64,000 nt of DNA from Mizuhopecten yessoensis (Eukaryota). Of this stretch, positions 12,801-22,920 are shown piece after piece; positions within the stretch are counted from its first letter, which is position 1; every line of letters starts with the position of its first letter. The stretch spans positions 337,843 through 401,842 of the forward strand of contig NW_018408737.1 in the NCBI RefSeq assembly GCF_002113885.1. Direction: 5' to 3'. Below the pieces are notes generated by a model. The model was not told where the DNA came from. It made no database searches and was given only the letters and a program-made list of their open reading frames with translations. The position numbers and the translations under genes are program-made.

Positions 12801-15800
12801 CTTAAAGGTCATATCAGTCTGCAGGGGGACATGGGTCCTTAAAGGTCATATCGGTCTACACTGGGACATGGGTCCTTAAAGGTCATATCGGTCTGCATTG
12901 GGACATGGGTCCTTAAAGGTCATATCAGTGGGACATGGGTCCTTAAAGGTCATATCAGTGGGACATGGGTCCTTAAAGGTCATATCGGTCTGCATTGGGA
13001 CATGGGTCCTTAAAGGTCATATCAGTCTGCAGGGGGACATGGGTCCTTAAAGGTCATATCGGTCTACAGGGGGACATGGGTCCTTAAAGGTCATATCGGT
13101 CTACAGGGGGACATGGGTCCTTAAAGGTCATATCAGTCTGCAGAGGGACATGGGTCCTTAAAGGTCATATCGGTCTGCATTGGGACATGGGTCCTTAAAG
13201 GTCATATCAGTCTGCAGTGGGATATGGGTCCTTAAAGGTCATATCGGTCTACAGGGGGACATGGGTCCTTAAAGGTCATATCAGTCTGCAGAGGGACATG
13301 GGTCCTTAAAGGTCATATCGGTCTGCATTGGGACATGGGTCCTTAAAGGTCATATCAGTCTGCAGAGGGACATGGGTCCTTAAAGGTCATATCGGTCTGC
13401 ATTGGGACATGGGTCCTTAAAGGTCATATCAGTCTGCAGGGGGACATGGGTCCTTAAAGGTCATATCAGTCTGCAGTGGGATATGGGTCCTTAAAGGTCA
13501 TATCGGTCTACAGGGGGACATGGGTCCTTAAAGGTCATATCAGTCTGCAGGGGGACATGGGTCCTTAAAGGTCATATCAGTCTGCAGGGGGACATGGGTC
13601 CTTAAAGGTCATATCGGTCTACACTGGGACATGGGTCCTTAAAGGTCATATCGGTCTACGGTGGGACATGGGTCCTTAAAGGTCATATCAGTCTGCAGGG
13701 GGACATGGGTCCTTAAAGGTCATATCAGTCTGCAGAGGGACATGGGTCCTTAAAGGTCATATCGGTCTGCAGTGGAACATGGGTCCTTGAAGGTCATATC
13801 GGTCTGCAGTGGGACATGGGTCCTTAAATGTCATATCGGTCTACAGTGGGACATGGGTCCTTAAAGGTCATATCGGTCTACAGTGGAACATGGGTCCTTG
13901 AAGGTCATATCGGTCTACAGTGGGACATGGGTCCTTAAAGGTCATATCAGTCTGCAGTGGGATATGGGTCCTTAAAGGTCATAGCGGTCTGTTTGCATGA
14001 TTGAAGAGTTCCAAATATGATGAATGATGTGTTGTTTACTTTCAGAGGAAGGTTACCAGTGGCGACTGTCTCACAGACCCAGCTGATGCTAAAGTTGTCT
14101 CCCCTTCTCAAGAGGTGAGCTGTCAGAATAGCTCTAGTCATTTTGGGTTTCCACATATCATCAGCAAAACCCTCATTAATAAGGTGTTCCTAAGTAAATA
14201 TTATTTGAACTCTCAGTCCTGTTTGGAATTTTAAAAAACACCTTGATGAAAAGAGAACAAATGAAAGAAAAAACATGTCAAAAATATCTTTAAAATAGAG
14301 GAAGAACAGATTTTAATGCAGATAGTTTTAAATCTGAAAACTAGCGTATTAGTGGAACTGTGTAAGTAATATTCTTTCATCCTGGCCTTTTAACACATAA
14401 AGTTTATAAGGCTCATTAAAAAAAATGTGGTGGCCAGAAAATTGGTCAGATTGAGAAACATCTAGCGAATGGCAAACATGAAACTTGTTTTGTTAGAATA
14501 AACATGGTTACTGTTGCTCTATTGGACAGCTGTATCCAGTCTTTATATTGATTAACTAGACCAAATTTAACATGCAGATGTATAGAGTACTTGTTAACAA
14601 TAATAACTAAAGATGTAAATATTTGGTTTCAGATGGTGATACTGGTTGGATTTCCTGCATGTGAGTTACACATTTTCTGTAACCTTCATTATGACCGTAT
14701 ACAATGTTGTTTTAACTTCAGATATCCAATTTAATTTTGTGTGAAGGGCAAAATTTACACTGGGTGAAAATTGAGTTTATTGGAGAATGGTGAAAAGTGC
14801 ACCGGGCAAAACATTTCCCAGCACACAGTTTATGTGTTTTTATAATTCATATGAATAAAATTATGCTCAATAACTAATGTGATAGGACAGCAGGGAATGT
14901 AGTTGCTCTATCTGATCTGTAGCCATTTGTATTATAGATAGAACGTTTTGGGGTGAACATGGTTTGTAACTTTAATTTCTTTCTCCTTCATTGCAGCTGG
15001 AAAGTCCTTTTTCTCCACTTCACACTTGTTACCAAAGGGTTACATTCATATCAACAGGGTATGTACAAAAGTCAGTCAGGTTTGTAATCCGGCCAAAGGT
15101 ACCCTGATTGACCGAGGTGTTTACCTCTGACTATCAATTTTGTCCGTCTCAACGCACTCCATCTAGTGTTGGGATAACTTTTTTAGCGGATGCAAACAAA
15201 TTGATGGACAAACAAACAAGACAATTATATATATGTACCCTCTCTACTTTAAAGTTAGGTGTCACAACCAAATGTAATTCCCATATTACTATTTTAAAGA
15301 CCTAAAAACATGTTTGGTGATTTTTGTGATTCCTAAAATTAGACCCCCTCCCCCCTTCCACTCCTAAAAAAACACAAACCAACCGATCCTATTTTTTCAG
15401 TCAAGTTAACTGAAACTTTTTTTTGTTTTGCCTAACATCATGGTTTGCTTACAAGCTTCATTTGTGATTATATTTTGTTTTCAGTGTTCTTGACAGGCTA
15501 AATTATAAACAGATTATTCTTCACAAATAGTCAGCTCAAAATTCACAATAGCAGACTGTTTTAGCTGGAGACCCACTTTTACCTAGAACACTGGTGAAAG
15601 CCTACCTCAGTTTGAAGCCTCTGATTGTGGTTTAAAAAAACCCACTCTAATACCCTGACTAATTAACTTGTCAATGCCAATCAACCAGAATAGGCAGACA
15701 TGTCTCTCTTTAATGATGATCTTTCCTGACTGCAAAAGATGAATTAAATTTGAGCTATGGAAAAAAGAAAATTCTCAGGGGTAATACCAGACAATTTCAT

Positions 15801-18800
15801 TTGAAATAGTGTATAACCTCAGTTTTCTAGGTCTGACCTGTAGGGTGTTGGTGACTTGGTAGGTCTTAGCTTGTGCTTTTTAAAACATGCCTATATTCAA
15901 AGTTATCTCCCCTTCCCCTGTTTCAGGACACCCTTGGGACGTGGCAGAAGTGTGTGTCTGTGTGTACTAAGTCACTGAATGAGGGCAAGAGTGTTGTCAT
16001 AGACAACACGAACACTGTCAAGGAACAGCGACAAAGGTAATTTCAAACGCAAAGTCCTTAACTCATTCACCCCTGGAATTTTAGAATGAACTATTCCAAC
16101 TTTTGAATATGAAGAGTTCAAACGTGTCTTCAGGGGTGAATGAGTTAATGAAGAACCATGTCACAGCTGCAAGTTCTGGGGGTATTTTCGCAATGTCTAA
16201 ATTCAGGCCTTTCATTTGAATTTGGATTGTACTTTGTATACAAAAATGCTATTGTTTGCATGTTTTGACTGAAACTGTAATGACTGGACATCTGTTGATA
16301 GTACATATCATATATTCGGCAATAAGCCAATGCCTAGTAAAAAGGCCACCAAAATCTACTGCAGTTCAGTATAATGCAAACAATTGCTATTTCATTGTCC
16401 TGTTTTAAGCCCAGTCCTTAATCATATGAGAGATTATGTGCTGGTTAACTGGGCTTACGGTATGCAGGAAATACACGGTAATTAATCATCAGTTAGAATC
16501 AGTTAGCCCAACCAATAAGGTATGTTATTTATGAAGTACACATTTGACACTTGTTTCATCACAGAAAAATTACTTTGTTTACCACATGATCAGTCTAAAC
16601 TTAATTAAAATAAAGACTTGTGATTCCTTTCCTCTACGATACACTACAATACAGCAGTGTTTTAGTGTATCGCAGAGGAGTAGAATTTAATTAGATTGTG
16701 TCTAAACTCTAAAAGTATACATGCAACAGCAATAAATTAGTTACTTTGTGGTCTGTTTTGATAATAACTCGTATCCCATACTTTCATTTGTTTTGTCCCT
16801 TAAATGATACCTACCAAATGAGTTACATTAAACTTCTGTTCAGTATAACATAAATCTCGACAATTGAGCGATCTAACATTTGTTAGTGACTGGTTATTTT
16901 GGTAGGCTCTGGTTTTATTGTCTTGCCGCCACGAAAAAGGGGAAGCGAGATTAAAGTTTCACTGAAAGTATATGTGCTAGACCAACCAAACTTGGACCAT
17001 AGATGCATCTTAGGTAATACATCTCAACCCATGCATCAAATGCTGGATGCGGCCTACCTTTCATGGTCAGATGACTTTGTCAGCATCTCAATCAACATCA
17101 AGTTTTTGCGTTTAAGTTAGTTTCTCAGAAAATATAGTGCTACACCAACTTGACATGTGCATTGATGGTCAAAGCGGGGCACAGGTGAGACATATCATTC
17201 CGAATGGCTTGTTGTAATCTAACGGCAGTAATTGTATTAGACTTCATTTAAGGATTGACCTTCATTTTGACTGCGTATACGGTTAGCGCTCCATAAAGAA
17301 TATGTTTGTTGCCAACTGCGTTCATACTACCGTATACACAGTCAAACTGAAGATCAATTCTTATATTTACATATTTTCCTACTATGATGGTACACTCAGA
17401 ATAAAGCTAACTCCAATACATTTGCTTTTATAATGGTACAAAGCCTCCGTAACGTGCGTAAATCCAAACAAATGAACAGCCTACAGCCTGTGAGCAGCGA
17501 TGGATCTCCAACGTTACCATTATGACGTCACAATGTAAATGACGTCATCAATAGGAAACAATGGTCTCCAAGGAATCTCACTGCGTATACGGTAATGTAT
17601 ACGCAGTCACGGTGTACACAGCTTCAATGGGAGCGAATGTAAATATATAGTTTTGAACTAGCTGTTAATATTAATGATAATACATGTATATGCTATTTAG
17701 CATTATTAAGGATGGTAATGTTGTGTGGATGTTATTTTCAGATATATCCCGTTAGCAAAGAAAGCTGGTATTCCGTGCAGATGTTTTGTTTTCACTGCCT
17801 CCCTGTATCAGTGTCGCCACAACGAAAAGGTAACATAAGGTTTTAGGACCGTTAATAGAGTTATTTTACGATGATGATGACACATGATTGAAATTATTTG
17901 AATTGTTGGACTCTCAGCAAATTGAAACAAATAATCTCTATACCATATTAGACTTTTGAATCAAAACTGTGGTCTAATGATTAATTAAACATCTGTTTCT
18001 CCTTACAATTCTTAGGGTTTGGAGATATGGTTGCCCTATATTTAACACAGGGTCAGTCTGTCTATACATCCATCTGTCTGCCCTCAGCACTTCTATCTCG
18101 CATTCCAAAAGCCTTTTTTTTTTTTTTAAATTTGACTTGTTCATGTATTGTGATATGTAGATGTGCAAAAGAAGTTTAAAAAGTTTCTAAGGTTATGGTC
18201 AAAGGGGATGGGGTGTACGGTGTGGCCCTTGCTGACCTGTCAGTGTTTCAGTCTTAGAATTATTTGTATTCTTGTTGACAGTATCGTGAAATGGTGGACA
18301 AGAAACACAAAACTATCAGCGACGTTACGATGAACACTATGAGGTAAATGAACCTTACTGTTACATTTTTGCCAGCAACATATTCGTTGGAGTTTCTTGT
18401 TTTGGTGTAATATATTTAAAGCTGTGACAGTATCCAAAAGTGAAATCTGTCACAGTAAGAAGCTATCACATTTATCATTGACCAATCAGAATGGTACTCA
18501 ATATTAACTGCATTCCAGTGTGGAGATGTTCTGCACGAAGTGCCAAGTGAGCTTATGCCGTGGCGCGGCGTGCGTCGTCCGTCATCTCGTCCGTTCGTCC
18601 GGCGTCCGGCGTCAATATTTTACTTTAAATGACTTCTTCTTAATAACCGAAAGGCCTAGGGTGTTGATATTTGGCCAGAAGCAAACTTGGATGAAGGGCT
18701 ACAAAGTTTGTTTAAATGAATGACCTTCACCTATTTTCAAGGACACAGGGGTCAAATATGTCAAAAACTTTAAACATCTTTTTCTGAATAACCAAAATGC

Positions 18801-19839
18801 TCAGGGTGATGATATTTTGCCAGTAGCATGCTGAGATAAGGTGCTACAAAGTTTGTTCAAATGAATGACCTTCACCCATATTCAAGGTCACAGGGGTCAA
18901 ATATGTTAAAAACTTTAAACAACTTCTTCTGAATAACCAAAATGCACAGGGTGATGATATTTGGCCAGTAGCATGCTGAGATAAAGGGCTACAATGTTTG
19001 TATAAATGTATGACCTTGAATCATATTCAAGGTCACAAGGAGCAAATATGTTCAAAATATTTCAACAACTTGTTCTGAATAACCAAAAGGCTAAGGATGT
19101 TGATATTTAGTCAGTAGCATATGCTGGGATCAAGGACTACTTTGTTTGTTAAAGTGAATGACTTTGACTCAAATTTGTTTAAAAATCTTTAAACAACCTC
19201 TTCTGAATAACCATGGGTCCCAGGATGTTTATACTTTGCAAGTTGCATCCCGAGATGAAAGGCTATACAATGTGTTCAACATAATGACTTTGTTCGACTT
19301 TCAATAACAGGGGTGAAATGTTCCAAAAATAAAATAACAGGGTCTTTTGAATGAATTTTAATCTTAAATACTGATATTTTGCCTGTAGCTTTATTTTAGA
19401 TCACTTTTAAGGTTACAAGTGTGAGTTTTATACTAGGTGAGCGATGCAGTCCCATTGGGCCTCTTGTTTTAGTATATCTTTGCTACATACTCTTATATTA
19501 AAGATATTTTCTTGACTATACAACTGATAAGATTTTGTAAGTACATAAAGTCTTACCAAATGATGGTAGAAAAGTACTTAAAAAATGTAATGAATACAAA
19601 TTTATTACTGGGTATTTGTACACCATAATATTATGTATGTCACTTGTATTGCAGAAAAAAACTGTAAAAAATACATTTCAAAATTTAATAGGGTTTCTGT
19701 TTAACTTTTTTACAGGTCCAAATATGAAGAACCAGAGAATGGAGAAGGTTTCAGTGAAATCGTAAAAATCAACTTTGTGCCCAATTTTGAAAATCCTCGA
19801 CATGAAAGATGGTACAAAATGTTCCTTGTTGAGAAATAG
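668..19839 (+). CDS. PNKP: Bifunctional polynucleotide kinase 3'-phosphatase, 17 coding exons, 608 aa: join(668-812,1245-1385,1763-2232,2925-3004,3789-3867,4353-4439,6442-6513,7308-7356,7964-8031,11171-11263,14046-14114,14633-14660,14997-15058,15927-16036,17742-17829,18282-18343,19716-19839)
   Basis: All introns are GT-AG and phases are consistent. The CDS is 1827 nt with no internal stop. Motifs: FHA ([18 protein letters not shown]), HAD DxDGT ([13 protein letters not shown]), [39 protein letters not shown], Walker A GFPASGKS, INRDTLG, VIDNTN, HNEKYR, and [15 protein letters not shown] at the C-terminus. Confidence 0.96.
1245..1385 (+). CDS. PNKP: PNKP exon 2 (FHA)
   Basis: gcag|TG; [26 protein letters not shown]...ATIYVLA; donor G|GTAATT. 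Confidence 0.88.
1763..2232 (+). CDS. PNKP: PNKP exon 3 (end of FHA, long linker, start of phosphatase)
   Basis: ttttttttgcag|GT; GQYPQKVEF...[20 protein letters not shown]; donor AAG|GTAGGC. Confidence 0.9.
2925..3004 (+). CDS. PNKP: PNKP exon 4 (DxDGT phosphatase motif)
   Basis: [26 protein letters not shown]. Confidence 0.95.
3789..3867 (+). CDS. PNKP: PNKP exon 5
   Basis: [26 protein letters not shown]. Confidence 0.95.
4353..4439 (+). CDS. PNKP: PNKP exon 6
   Basis: [29 protein letters not shown], phase 0/0. Confidence 0.9.
4534..4650. repeat. Inverted repeat with perfect 29-bp arms (palindromic element remnant)
   Basis: ccagttctatatgacatcatgcaaaaaaa (4534-4562) / tttttttgcatgatgtcatatagaactgg (4622-4650). 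Confidence 0.75.
4658..6165 (+). mobile_element. Non-autonomous Helentron/HINE (pearl-like) element A with ~150-bp internal tandem repeats
   Basis: 5' ttagctcacctg, (cgtcc)n tract, about 9 GC-rich ~150-bp units in a higher-order pattern, 3' caggtgagc + hairpin aggcccgtgggcct + cttgtt. Confidence 0.82.
6442..6513 (+). CDS. PNKP: PNKP exon 7
   Basis: [24 protein letters not shown]. Confidence 0.93.
7308..7356 (+). CDS. PNKP: PNKP exon 8
   Basis: [16 protein letters not shown]. Confidence 0.93.
7964..8031 (+). CDS. PNKP: PNKP exon 9
   Basis: [23 protein letters not shown]. Confidence 0.95.
8153..8344. repeat. MITE-like inverted repeat (~35-bp arms)
   Basis: tgtgatatcaaagttttactt... / ...aagtaaaactttgatatcaca; no clear TSD. 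Confidence 0.6.
8475..9895 (+). mobile_element. HINE-like element B with eight 145-bp internal repeats
   Basis: 5' hairpin agctcacctggcac-gaa-gtgccaagtgagct, (gtcc)n, tgacc(t/c)t repeat marker at 8658/8803/9093/9238/9383/9528 (145-bp spacing), 3' caggtgagc...ttgtt. Confidence 0.85.
10162..11129 (+). mobile_element. HINE-like element C with five 145-bp repeats
   Basis: 5' hairpin agctcacctgccc-gaa-gggcaagtgagct, (gtcc)n, repeats at 10395/10540/10685/10830/10975, 3' caggtgagc + aggcccattgggcct + cttgtt. Confidence 0.85.
11171..11263 (+). CDS. PNKP: PNKP exon 10
   Basis: [31 protein letters not shown]. Confidence 0.95.
11922..13990. repeat. 37-bp minisatellite (about 54 copies) in PNKP intron 10
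   Basis: Unit gtgggacatgggtccttaaaggtcatatc(g/a)gtct(a/g)ca; one ~60-bp interruption at ~12250-12308; two 28-bp deleted units near 12930-12960. Confidence 0.97.
14046..14114 (+). CDS. PNKP: PNKP exon 11
   Basis: [23 protein letters not shown]; ttcag acceptor, GAG|GTGAGC donor. Confidence 0.88.
14633..14660 (+). CDS. PNKP: PNKP exon 12 (28-nt exon, first half of Walker A)
   Basis: MVILVGFPA. Confidence 0.92.
14997..15058 (+). CDS. PNKP: PNKP exon 13 (second half of Walker A)
   Basis: [21 protein letters not shown]. Confidence 0.94.
15927..16036 (+). CDS. PNKP: PNKP exon 14
   Basis: [29 protein letters not shown]. Confidence 0.95.
16062..16144. mobile_element. Tiny piggyBac-like MITE (83 bp) with TTAA target duplication
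   Basis: ttaa|ctcattcacccctg ... caggggtgaatgag|ttaa. Confidence 0.75.
16912..17213 (+). mobile_element. Degenerate HINE-like element (different subfamily)
   Basis: 5' ttttattgtcttgcc...gcgaga, 3' caggtgagaca...cttgtt. Confidence 0.45.
17249..17645. mobile_element. Palindromic non-autonomous element, Crypton-like architecture
   Basis: 35-bp inverted arms 17249-17283/17329-17363, then tatttacat...atgtaaata second inverted pair, with extra arm copies at 17580-17609. Confidence 0.6.
17742..17829 (+). CDS. PNKP: PNKP exon 15
   Basis: [29 protein letters not shown]. Confidence 0.94.
18282..18343 (+). CDS. PNKP: PNKP exon 16
   Basis: [20 protein letters not shown]. Confidence 0.9.
18533..19468 (+). 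mobile_element. HINE-like element D (5'-clipped), ~145-bp repeats
   Basis: gcacgaagtgccaagtgagc head, (cgtcc)n, repeats at 18721/18866/19011, 3' aggtgagc...cccattgggcctcttgtt. Confidence 0.83.
19716..19839 (+). CDS. PNKP: PNKP exon 17 (to TAG stop)
   Basis: [40 protein letters not shown]. Confidence 0.94.
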
Positions 19840-20326
19840 AAGATTCTGGTTACATGATGGAGCCAGACCAAGTGCCTAGTTTCTTAACAGCCTTATAAAT
19901 GCATTTTACCATCAATAAGCCCATGCCAGGATATAAGCCCAGCTCACGGTTTGATTTTTCATACCATGGTCATATGTGGAAATAAGCCATTCTGTACAAA
20001 CAAGTGAAGTAAGGTTCAGGAATAAACTTTGCGTTTATTTTTCTCTCATCCTTCTGGGCTTACCAGGTAAAATTATATACAGTATAGCATGTAAGCTTTT
20101 AAATTGGTGACTAATTTTAAATTTTAAAAAATGAAAAAACTCCATGTCTTTTTATGCATGGACAAGAAAAAACCCATTTCAAAACATGTTTAACTTTTAT
20201 CAAAACAATGCTTTTGTATAAAAGCAATTTGATATTAGGAACACATTACAAGTGGGAATTTTACTTGCAATGTAGCGTTAGATGTGATCACTTTAGTTTC
20301 AACTGGACCTGGTATCTTAGTATATA

Positions 20327-20535
20327 CCGTAATTGACCTAATAAGGGTGCAGGGCGTGTGTAATTGAGAGAAGTGGCACCCTTATTGAGTAACATTTATC
20401 TAGAATTTTCTGCTTCATATTGAATACATGTACTACACAAATATTCAAGGTGACTAGTGCTGGTTTTTATTTTTTTCAGAAAAAGGGTGGGGCACCCTTA
20501 TTAGGGCATTCACTTTTATTAGGTTAAACATGGTT
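20327..20535. mobile_element. Tc1/mariner-type MITE remnant
   Basis: ta|ccgtaattgacctaataagggtgc ... gcacccttattagg...ttattaggttaaacatgg. Confidence 0.5.
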
Positions 20536-20547
20536 AATGTAACATAG

Positions 20548-20940
20548 GGGTACATTCGCGTTACCGGTTGAAACGGTTGAACCGGTTGAACCTGTAAAGA
20601 AAACGACAGGTACAGATTTGGACCGAGGCTGACCTCAGGAAAATTTGGTACGTGTAGATTGAGGGGTCCAGACGTACCTGACCGAAACTAAAATGCTGAC
20701 TATTGCCAATTTGCATTATTTCTTTCTTAAACAATGTCAAGTCACATGTAATTTTTAAGATACGTTATGTAATTTAGTGGACGGATGGAAGAAGGGCATA
20801 ATATTCTTGATACATTGTTTTTTATTCTCCGAAACTGTGGATTTTTAGCTCTGCTTAAAGAACGGTCCAAGTGTGTTCGTTTATCGTGGAAAATTTCTGC
20901 GCCACACGTACCGTTTCAACCGGGATACGCGAATGTAGCC
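20548..20940. mobile_element. PIF/Harbinger-like MITE, ~30-bp TIRs, 3-bp TSD (TAG)
   Basis: tag|gggtacattcgcgttaccggttgaaacggt ... accgtttcaaccgggatacgcgaatgtagcc|tag. Confidence 0.78.
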
Positions 20941-21537
20941 TAGGTGTTGAATTTCCTTTGTATTTTTATCTTTTGTGTGATTTTGTATGGCCCTTTAAGT
21001 TTAATTTTGAGTTTAACTGTTTTAGCTCTGCCATATTCGATCTGACAAATATAAATTGTGTGAGGCTGGATATTTGATTTGAATTTTGTAAGAGCAGTGA
21101 ATTTTGTAAGGGTTGAGCAACTTTATATATTAATCTGTGGTTCTATGATGAGACCATCTCTTTGCCTTTATGTGTCAAAACCTTTCTACATTTCTGTGGT
21201 ATAGCGTTCAAAAGAGTAAGGATACTTGTGCATGTTATCCACATTTAGGTTTATTTTTCTATAAAATCAGAACCTCAGATTTACAATAATGTCAATTCTA
21301 ATAAATTGCTGGTTACTTTATGCTCAATTTATATTTTATTTGTAACACTCTTATAAAAAAACTTGATGTGAAATTATCCAAAAATGCAGAGACTTTTCCA
21401 AGAAAGCATTTTTTTCTCTTGGGTAGTTGTTAGACAAATCTCACTGTTTATAACTTGCAGAAGGTACAAACAAAAGTAAGATTTACTGCTTCAGGTGGGG
21501 TTTTTTTCTTTTGAACCAAGCATAACAAAATGCATGT

Positions 21538-21581
21538 AATAAAATATAAATACTATGTATGCTGTTAAAATTGTTTTTATT
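21538..21581. terminator. Convergent polyadenylation signals: AATAAA on + (21538-21543) and on - (21581-21576)
   Basis: Lie between the stop codons of PNKP (+) and the cytochrome b5-like gene (-). An earlier + AATAAA at 20021 is an alternative for PNKP. Confidence 0.45.
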
Positions 21582-21649
21582 TAAAATTAAAAAACAACAA
21601 CACATTATTCACAACTTCATAATACTGTATATATATATATTGTATGTAA

Positions 21650-22700
21650 CAAATTAACAAGAGGTTGAATTTAGTTAGATATATACCACCAGGATAGGTT
21701 GAATTCATCATAAATTAAGAGGAGGAGGATTTCATTCACACATTAACAGGATGAATCCATCATTCACATATCAACAAGAGAGTAACTTTATAATTCACAT
21801 TCACTGGAGGGCGAATTTTATATACACATTTCAGTTGAATTCATTAGTCACATAATTATCAGAGGTTAAGTTCAGCATTCACATTTTGTGAATTTGTCAA
21901 ATATTACCAAAGAATGAATTCATGACTACACATAATTCACACGAATTCAACGAAAACAATAATTACATGTACTAGATGAGCATTAATTATATAACAAAGA
22001 GGTAAATTCATGATTCACATTAACAGGAGAGCAAATTCAAAGCAACATTCATTAAGTCATGGTTGAGAATGTTAATTTATCATCATCATCATCATCATTG
22101 GTAATTGACAAGAGTCAATTCAACAAACATACTTGTACATCAACATATACTCATACACTAATTGAAGAGTCAGTTCAACAATGGTATTCCACTGTCTGAA
22201 GAGTCAATTCAGTAATTTCGCACTGAAGACTCGATTCAAAATTTTACTCCCGACATTTATTTTAGTCAATTCAACATTTATGCAATGACAGGAAGTCAAT
22301 TCAACATGGACAGAAGAGGTGTTTAATTATTTTCTTATACACGGACAGAGTCAATTCATTTTTTTTTTTTACAATAGCAAGGACGCCAATTCAATATTGA
22401 TAAACTGACAGATGAGCCAGTTAACACATATACCCTGACAGAAGAGCCATTTCAGCAGTCATACACTTACAGAAGAGTAAATTTAACATTCATACACTGA
22501 CGATAGAATCAATTCAATATTTATACACTTGCAGAAGAGCCATAGCAACACAGGTATTCACTTACAGGAGAGTCCATTCAACATTTACACACTTACAGAA
22601 GAGTCCATTTAACATGCATACACCGACAGAAGAACCATTTCAACACGTGTACACTTACAGGAAAGTCAATTCAACATTTACACTTTTACAGAGGAGTGAA
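21650..22700. repeat. Degenerate ~31-bp tandem repeat (probably in the cytochrome b5-like 3' UTR)
   Basis: acttacagaagagtcaattcaacatttacac-like units at 22561/22592/22623/22654, increasingly diverged leftward; short (cat)n at 22080. Confidence 0.75.
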
Positions 22701-22842
22701 TGGGATTTCAACTTTATGTGGTGAACAAAAGTCTTCATGATTGCTGTTATACTGATTTGCCCTGTTGTAGCTTTACATAGAAAATGCTGAAATGTAACGC
22801 GCCACACACGGTGGCATGTCACAAGAATGAAGCTAGTCTGCT

Positions 22843-22920
22843 TCAGCAATTGTTACATGAGCTGGATTCAGCAGGTACTTTCTGTCTGTAATCCCCAACA
22901 CATTTGTATCTCCTGTCCTC
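22843..22920 (-). CDS. Cytochrome b5-like exon 4 (to TGA)
   Basis: ttttttctacag|EDRRYKCVGDYRQKVPAESSSCNNC*. Confidence 0.78.
   Translation of the reverse strand, partial: EDRRYKCVGDYRQKVPAESSSCNNC

Noticed and set aside
11922-13990. CRISPR-like array (constant ~28 bp plus variable ~9 bp)
   Set aside because: The variable parts are point variants of one sequence, not unique spacers. There are no cas genes and the array lies in a eukaryotic intron, so it is a minisatellite.
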